The notes below the pieces were generated by a model that saw only the letters and a list, made by a program, of their open reading frames with translations, had not been told where the DNA came from and did not search any database. A program made the translations under genes and the position numbers. A stretch of 64,000 nt of DNA from Candidatus Micrarchaeia archaeon (lineage in GTDB: Archaea > Micrarchaeota > Micrarchaeia > Burarchaeales > Fermentimicrarchaeaceae): assembly GCA_038871515.1 (NCBI GenBank), contig JAVZHX010000002.1, forward strand, positions 36,641 to 100,640, in the 5' to 3' direction. Numbering within the stretch: position 1 is the stretch's first letter; each line of letters opens with the position of its first letter. This document shows positions 58,462 through 64,000 of the stretch, in pieces.

Positions 58462-60204
58462 CTACTTCTCAATTGTAGACAAATCTCCTGTTGGAAGTCC
58501 AAGCTCCTCTGCTTTAAGAACTCTTCTCATTATCTTACCGCTCTGCGTTCTTGGAAGTTTATCCCTGAATTCTATTTCTCTTGGATACATATGCCCTGCA
58601 AGCCTGCTCTTTATGAACTTCCTTATATCCTCCTCAAGCTCCTTTGAGGGAGAGTAACCCTTCCTTAAAACAAGGAATGCTTTTATAATCTCTCCTCTTA
58701 TCCCCTCTGGGTCTGGCTTGCCTATAACGCCTGCCTCCGCAACTGCTGGGTGCTCAACCAACGCGCTCTCTATTTCAAACGGACCAACTCGCTCACCTGC
58801 TGTTTTTATCACATCATCTCCTCTTCCAACGTAGATGAAGTATCCGTCCTCATCCATCCTTGCCCTGTCACCTGTGATATACCAGCCATTCTTGAAGTAT
58901 GACTTGAACTTCTCCTCATTCCTCCACACCCCAACAAACATGGAAGGCCAGCCTGGCTTCAGAGCTAGGTCTCCCTCCTCCCCTGGTTTCACAACGTTTC
59001 CGTTATCATCAACAACAGCAGCAGTTATTCCTGGGAATGGCTTTCCCATAAACCCAATCTTCATATCCATCCTTGGGTAGTTGCATATCAGCATGCTTCC
59101 TGTTTCGGTTTGCCACCAAGTGTCATGCACCCACAACCCAAAAACTTTATGCGCCCATCTTATAGGCTCTGGGTTGAGAGGCTCCCCAACGCTGCAGATA
59201 TGCCTCAAACTGCTCAAATCATATTTCTTTGGAATTTCCTCACCTGCTGCCATAAGCATTCTCAGAGCAGTTGGAGCAGTATACCACATGGTAACCTGAT
59301 ACCTTTCTATGATGGAATACCACTTATCTGGGTCAAACCTTCCATCGTATACAACCTGGGATGCACCGTTTGACCAGGAGCCAAGTATGGAGTAGATTAT
59401 ACCAGTTATCCAGCCGGGGTCAGAGGTGCACCAATAGATATCTTCATCCTTCAAATCAAGCACCCATTTCGCAGTTATGTGGTGCTGTGGCATCCCTCTG
59501 TGAACATGCACAACTCCCTTTGGCTTTCCGGTTGAGCCAGAGGTGTATTGTATGAACGCAACATCCTCCGGGTTCATCTTCTCAACTTCAAAATTCCTTG
59601 ATGCCTTTGCCATCTCCTCTTCATAATTGAGCTCCCCAGCAGATGCGTTCAAATCCTTTCCGCCAACAACAAAAACGTATTTCAGGTTGGGAAGCTCCTT
59701 CCTTATCTGGTCAACCCTCGGTTTCAGCTTCATATCGGTTACAAGCGCAACTGCCTCGCTGTCAAGCAATCTATCCCTTATCGCTTCAGGCCCAAACGCA
59801 GCGAACATTGTTCCAGCAATCCCGCCCATCTTCAATATTCCAAGAAAGCTTATGTAGTTCTCAGGAATTCTTGAGAGGAAAATGAAAACCCTGTCCCCTC
59901 TTTTTATTCCGTGGTTTTTCAGAACATTTGCAAACTTATTTGAGAGGTTGGACAGCTCAAGGAAGGTGAATTTTTTGGTGCTTCCATCATCTCCTTCCCA
60001 GTAAAGGGCAATTTTGTTCTTCCTCCATGTTTTCACGTGTTTATCTATTGCATTATACGCAAGGTTCAGCTTTCCTCCTTCAAACCACTCAACCTCATCG
60101 TGCACATCCTCCCATTTGAAGTTAGGGTATATCTTTTCATATGCGCCCATATTGGGCTTTCCTTTGAATTTCTTTTTTGATGCTTTTACTAAGTCTGCTT
60201 CCAT
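58462..60204 (-). CDS. acsA: AMP-forming acetyl-CoA synthetase
   Basis: YTSGSTGKPKG, DTWWQTETG, GERVGPFE.ES, LP.T.SGKIMRR. Confidence 0.93.
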   Translation of the reverse strand: MEADLVKASKKKFKGKPNMGAYEKIYPNFKWEDVHDEVEWFEGGKLNLAYNAIDKHVKTWRKNKIALYWEGDDGSTKKFTFLELSNLSNKFANVLKNHGIKRGDRVFIFLSRIPENYISFLGILKMGGIAGTMFAAFGPEAIRDRLLDSEAVALVTDMKLKPRVDQIRKELPNLKYVFVVGGKDLNASAGELNYEEEMAKASRNFEVEKMNPEDVAFIQYTSGSTGKPKGVVHVHRGMPQHHITAKWVLDLKDEDIYWCTSDPGWITGIIYSILGSWSNGASQVVYDGRFDPDKWYSIIERYQVTMWYTAPTALRMLMAAGEEIPKKYDLSSLRHICSVGEPLNPEPIRWAHKVFGLWVHDTWWQTETGSMLICNYPRMDMKIGFMGKPFPGITAAVVDDNGNVVKPGEEGDLALKPGWPSMFVGVWRNEEKFKSYFKNGWYITGDRARMDEDGYFIYVGRGDDVIKTAGERVGPFEIESALVEHPAVAEAGVIGKPDPEGIRGEIIKAFLVLRKGYSPSKELEEDIRKFIKSRLAGHMYPREIEFRDKLPRTQSGKIMRRVLKAEELGLPTGDLSTIEK

Positions 60205-60266
60205 TTTTCTCCCTCCGTGTGGTATAGATATGATGAGGAATTTTTATAAAGTTATACGTCATTTGT

Positions 60267-60683
60267 CTATCTGTAGATGAGCAGGATTAAACCAATAAAG
60301 CTCAGGATGATGCCCGCGATTGTTTGAGGGAATATTTCCTCATGCATAAAAACAACTGCGATAACCACGGAGATGAATGTGCTTAAGCTGAAGATGGGAA
60401 CAACAACGTTTACTGGACCGCCTTCCTTGAAGGAAACATATGTGAAAAGTATAGCAATTCCCATTATGAATGCAAGGGAGAAAGAGAGGAATATGGAGTT
60501 TGGCGTGACTCTTTCAATAAATGTTGGGTAGGAGAGGAGGAAGTAGATGAAGAGAATGAGAGAAAAAGCAAAAACAATTGGAATCATAACCCTCCAATCC
60601 TCTGTTTCAATGAATTTTTTAACAAGGATGTTATAAACTCCTAAAGCGAGCATTGTTATAACTGCAGCAACCCTCCAATCCAC
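60267..60683 (-). CDS. EamA/DMT half-size transporter
   Basis: About 5 TMs; G....VVP.......V.....E......G pattern. Confidence 0.8.
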   Translation of the reverse strand: MDWRVAAVITMLALGVYNILVKKFIETEDWRVMIPIVFAFSLILFIYFLLSYPTFIERVTPNSIFLSFSLAFIMGIAILFTYVSFKEGGPVNVVVPIFSLSTFISVVIAVVFMHEEIFPQTIAGIILSFIGLILLIYR

Positions 60684-60687
60684 ACAA

Positions 60688-60774
60688 TCACCGAGTGATA
60701 AGGTAAATAAAAATTATCGTGATTACTACCATTGCAAATGCGATGAAAAGAGTGAAAAGCACGCTTGAGTCCAT
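60688..60774 (-). CDS. 28-aa single-TM microprotein (not in ORF track)
   Basis: MDSSVLFTLFIAFAMVVITIIFIYLITR; its stop overlaps the GGTGA SD of the EamA gene. Confidence 0.5.
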   Translation of the reverse strand: MDSSVLFTLFIAFAMVVITIIFIYLITR

Positions 60775-60820
60775 ATATTAATTTATTGTTTCATTTTTAA
60801 TAATTACGCATGGTGGTTGC

Positions 60821-62011
60821 TTGAGAATTGCTGTTCTTGCCGACTTTCATCTTGGTTATCCGAAGTTTGAGGAGGATTCATTCAAGCAGGCTGAGGAGGC
60901 TTTTGGGAAAGCATGCGAGGAGGCGGATTTGATTGTGTTGCTTGGGGATATATTTGATGCAAGAACCCCGAAGCAGGAGATTCTTGCGCGCTCTTTTGAA
61001 ATATTCAGAAAAGCATTTGAGAGAAAGTGGGGGGTGAAGCTTGTTGAGTACGTGAGTAGAGAAGGGAGAAGGAATTATACGAGGATACCTGTTGTTGCGA
61101 TACATGGGACGCATGAGAGAAGAACAAGGGGATTGGTGAACCCAATTGAACTGCTTGAGAAAGCGGGGTTTGTGGTGAATGTTCATTCAGCGGTTGCTGT
61201 TTTTGAGAAAAATGGAGAAAGAGTTGCTTTGCAGGGAATGGGGGGAGTCCCAGAGGAGTATGCAAGGGAAGCGTTGGAGGTTGTTTCCCCAAAGCCAGTT
61301 GAGGATGCGTTTAATGTTTTCATCTTCCACCAAAGTATGAAGGAGTTTCTTCCTGGAGAAGAGTTTATTGGAGCAGAGGATTTGCCTAAGGGGTTTGATT
61401 TATACCTGTGTGGGCATATGCATACCAGAAAAATTGAAAAAGTTGGCGGGGCGCTGCTCATAATACCAGGAAGCACTGTTGTCACCCAGATGAGGAAGGA
61501 GGATGCGGAGGAGAAGGGCTTCTTCATTTTTGATACTGAAAAAAAAGACGCGGAGTTTTATAAAATAAAGACAAGGCCGTTCTTCTACGAGGAGCTGGAG
61601 TTTGAGGAGGCGAAGCTTGAGGAAGTTGTTAAAAAAATGAGGGAGAGAGTTGAAAAAATTCTTGAGAAAAGCAGCGAGATGCCTGTTGTGAAAATAAAAA
61701 TAAAAGGGAGTTTGGCAAAAGGGCTTGACCCATCCAACCTTCAGCTGGGGGAAGTGATTAAGGAGTTTGAAGGGAAAGCGGTGGTTGAAGTGGATAAGGA
61801 GATGGAGTCGCATGAGTTCAAGGAGAGGGTGGAGAAGATAAGGGGGTTGAGGGAAGGGAAACTCTCTGTGAGGGAGATGGGAATGGAGATACTTAAGAGA
61901 AAACTGAAGGAGTATGGAGTTGTTGATTTTGATGTTGAGGGGTTGTACACAATTCTCAGCGAGAATAAGAAGGATGCGCCCCAGAAAGCATTGAGGAGAA
62001 TACTGGAGTAG
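60821..62011 (+). CDS. mre11: DNA double-strand break repair nuclease Mre11
   Basis: ADFHLG, GDIFD, HGTHE, FHQ, GHMH, PGS, KGF. Confidence 0.85.
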   Translation: MRIAVLADFHLGYPKFEEDSFKQAEEAFGKACEEADLIVLLGDIFDARTPKQEILARSFEIFRKAFERKWGVKLVEYVSREGRRNYTRIPVVAIHGTHERRTRGLVNPIELLEKAGFVVNVHSAVAVFEKNGERVALQGMGGVPEEYAREALEVVSPKPVEDAFNVFIFHQSMKEFLPGEEFIGAEDLPKGFDLYLCGHMHTRKIEKVGGALLIIPGSTVVTQMRKEDAEEKGFFIFDTEKKDAEFYKIKTRPFFYEELEFEEAKLEEVVKKMRERVEKILEKSSEMPVVKIKIKGSLAKGLDPSNLQLGEVIKEFEGKAVVEVDKEMESHEFKERVEKIRGLREGKLSVREMGMEILKRKLKEYGVVDFDVEGLYTILSENKKDAPQKALRRILE

Positions 62012-62042
62012 GTTATTTATATTTTGGATGAGCAAATTTGTC

Positions 62043-62972
62043 ATGGTTTATTTAAAGAAAGAAAAAGTTACGCTTGATTCCCTGCTTGATGTTGCAGATA
62101 GATGTGAGGAGGAGAAGTTTAGGGAAACAATAAGGATGGTTAGCGATAGACTGGGGGAGGAGAGGGTTAAGGAAAGCGGTTTGAGGATGAGGGGTAATTT
62201 AGCGTACATACCAAAATATGGGAATGCGATAGTGGTTGGGGATTTGCATGGCGATTTGGATTCTTTGGAGAGAATACTGAGAAAAACGAATTTTGTTGAG
62301 AGAGTTAATGAAAAGGAGAAGCTGATGCTTGTTTTTCTTGGCGATTATATTGACAGAGGGCCAAAGCAACTTGAAGTTCTGAATCTTGTTTTGGAGTTGA
62401 AGAGAAACTTTCCTGAGAATGTTGTTGCTCTGAGGGGTAATCACGAGGTAATTCCTCTCTCCCAGAGTTTTTCGGGCGAGGAGAGTTTTTTGGGTAGGCT
62501 TATTACGAAATACGAGTATAATGGAGCGAGTGTCTACAGGGGGCTGGCGATGTTGTTTGACAAACTTCCCTTGGCTGCAAAAACAGAGAATGGAATTCTT
62601 TTTGTTCACGGAGGAGTTTCTGATAAAGTGAAGGGGGAGCCAACCCTTATATACGCGCTTGAGCTGAGAGATGATTTGACGTGGAGCGATCCACGCGATA
62701 TAGAGGGAGTTGCTCCAAACAGGGAGAGGGGCGCTGGTGTTTACTTTGGAAAGGATGTGCTTGAAGAAGTGCTGAAAAGCGTAAACTGCAAAATTCTTAT
62801 AAGAGCTCACGAGCCGGTGACGAATTCTGGGGAGATGTTTGATGGGAAGCTTCTGACTGTTTTCTCCTCTGGGATGTATAAAAACTACAATAGTAGTTAC
62901 AGAGTTGGGTATGGGTATGTGACTCTTGAGAAGGAAGTTGAAAACGTGAGAGGGATACTGCAGCCTTTTTAA
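62043..62972 (+). CDS. PPP-family Ser/Thr protein phosphatase
   Basis: GDLHG, GDYIDRG, RGNHE, HGG, WSDP, RG.G..FG, RAHE, TVFS; TATA about 21 nt before ATG 62043. Confidence 0.9.
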   Translation: MVYLKKEKVTLDSLLDVADRCEEEKFRETIRMVSDRLGEERVKESGLRMRGNLAYIPKYGNAIVVGDLHGDLDSLERILRKTNFVERVNEKEKLMLVFLGDYIDRGPKQLEVLNLVLELKRNFPENVVALRGNHEVIPLSQSFSGEESFLGRLITKYEYNGASVYRGLAMLFDKLPLAAKTENGILFVHGGVSDKVKGEPTLIYALELRDDLTWSDPRDIEGVAPNRERGAGVYFGKDVLEEVLKSVNCKILIRAHEPVTNSGEMFDGKLLTVFSSGMYKNYNSSYRVGYGYVTLEKEVENVRGILQPF

Positions 62973-63253
62973 CTCCATAGGTATTTTTTCAGGTTTATTC
63001 TTTTGGTGAACTTCACCCCATCCTTCCTGAGCAGCTGAGCTTTTCTTTTCACTCCTTTTGAGTAACCTCCAAGCTCTCCGTTGGATTTTATAACTCTGAA
63101 ACAAGGAAACTTGTCTGGGTGTGGATTTCTTCTCATCATCAAACCAACAACTCTTGGATGAATTCCAAATTTCTCAGAAATTGATTTGTACGTGACAACT
63201 TTTCCTTTTGGAATTTTTTTTAGGAAAGCCAGAATTCTCCTTTCAACTTTCAT
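62969..63253 (-). CDS. single-domain O6-alkylguanine alkyltransferase (MGMT family)
   Basis: IPKGKVVTY, PRVVG, PCFRVI (Cys retained), GGY. Confidence 0.85.
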   Translation of the reverse strand: MKVERRILAFLKKIPKGKVVTYKSISEKFGIHPRVVGLMMRRNPHPDKFPCFRVIKSNGELGGYSKGVKRKAQLLRKDGVKFTKRINLKKYLWS

Positions 63254-64000
63254 GCATCTTCCTCTCAAGCAGCTCCTTTGTGAGTTTCACGCATTCCTCC
63301 ATCGCATCCTCAAATCCTTTAAGGTGAGGGCCGTTCGCACCTGCTGCGCATGGATGGCCACCACCGCTTCCCCTCAAAATTCTTCCAACTTTCTCCATAA
63401 CATCGCTGGCAAGGTTTATGCCAAGCTCGGTGTGGAGGTAACCTCTCATTCTTGCAGATATTCTTGCCTCTCTTTTTCCTTTGCATCCGACAAAAGAAAA
63501 ATCCGCACCTAAGCTCAAAAGGGCTTCTGCTGCTTTTGCTTCAAATGAGCCAATTATGGATTTTGCAATTAGGTAATCTCCAACACGTTCAACAGAGGCT
63601 CGCTGGCAGGCTGTGAGGAGGGCGATTCTCTGGGAAACATCAACATCTGTTTCAGTAACTCTCAGAATCTCCTGGTAATCCATCCTCGTTTTTCCAAGCA
63701 GTTCGGAGATATATGAAAAAGTTTTCTTTCTTGCATTTCTGAACCCAGCTGAATCGTCTATCATTCCACAGAGAAGGGAAACTGCGTGCTTTTCCGAAAC
63801 ATCCCAGTTCAGTTTCTTTAAAATTTCATAAACAAGCTCTGAGGTAGAAGCGTAGCTGTTGTCAATAAGCACGTGCTCTGCTTTTATTGAATCTGGATGG
63901 ATGGAGTGGTGGTCTATCACTGCTTTGCTTCCCTTGAAATTTCTAACTTCATCAGCAAGCTCGCCAAGCAAGTCGTATGAGTTTGTATCAAGTATTATCA
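63243..64000 (-). CDS. DHH/DHHA1 family phosphoesterase, 5'-truncated by window edge
   Basis: LDT, IDHH, STSE, SGGGH..AAG; frame open to window end. Confidence 0.88.
   Translation of the reverse strand, partial: IILDTNSYDLLGELADEVRNFKGSKAVIDHHSIHPDSIKAEHVLIDNSYASTSELVYEILKKLNWDVSEKHAVSLLCGMIDDSAGFRNARKKTFSYISELLGKTRMDYQEILRVTETDVDVSQRIALLTACQRASVERVGDYLIAKSIIGSFEAKAAEALLSLGADFSFVGCKGKREARISARMRGYLHTELGINLASDVMEKVGRILRGSGGGHPCAAGANGPHLKGFEDAMEECVKLTKELLERKMHES

Noticed and set aside
1..64000. Stop-codon recoding, inteins or programmed frameshifts
   Set aside because: Recognised genes are full length with ordinary stops; no intein motifs seen in Cdc6 or others

Overview
A gene-dense archaeal chromosome segment using the standard code, with BRE/TATA promoters, GGTGA-type SD motifs, many apparently leaderless genes and convergent 3' overlaps. 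Gene content points to a DPANN archaeon, most plausibly a metabolically rich Micrarchaeota-like lineage (inference, no phylogeny run). Most of the window is housekeeping: ribosomal proteins (L7Ae, S28e, L24e, S24e, S27ae, L41e, eS26-like), aIF5A, TyrRS, Kae1/Bud32, Rpo7/Spt4, Alba, Sm, Cdc6/Orc1, SepF, Mre11, NreA, GlmM/GlmU, ThiL/ThiDN, PurH, NadE, upper mevalonate genes, and ADP- and AMP-forming acetyl-CoA synthetases. It also has tRNA-Val(GAC), an intron-containing tRNA-Ala(GGC), and three loci of class III signal-peptide (pilin-like) surface proteins. I saw no CRISPR array, rRNA, transposase or integrase. The least explained stretch is about 17.1-18.05 kb: an iteron-like repeat array abuts a consensus BRE-TATA promoter, followed by long + strand hairpins, a Zn-finger microprotein, a GC-rich multi-stem RNA candidate and more micro-ORFs. 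Other highlights are an orphan with mTERF-like repeats, a CBS-HPF hibernation-factor-like protein, a degenerate YrdC, a nested vWA pilin and a pilin with about 60 Cys. All protein calls come from motif recognition by eye, without database searches.
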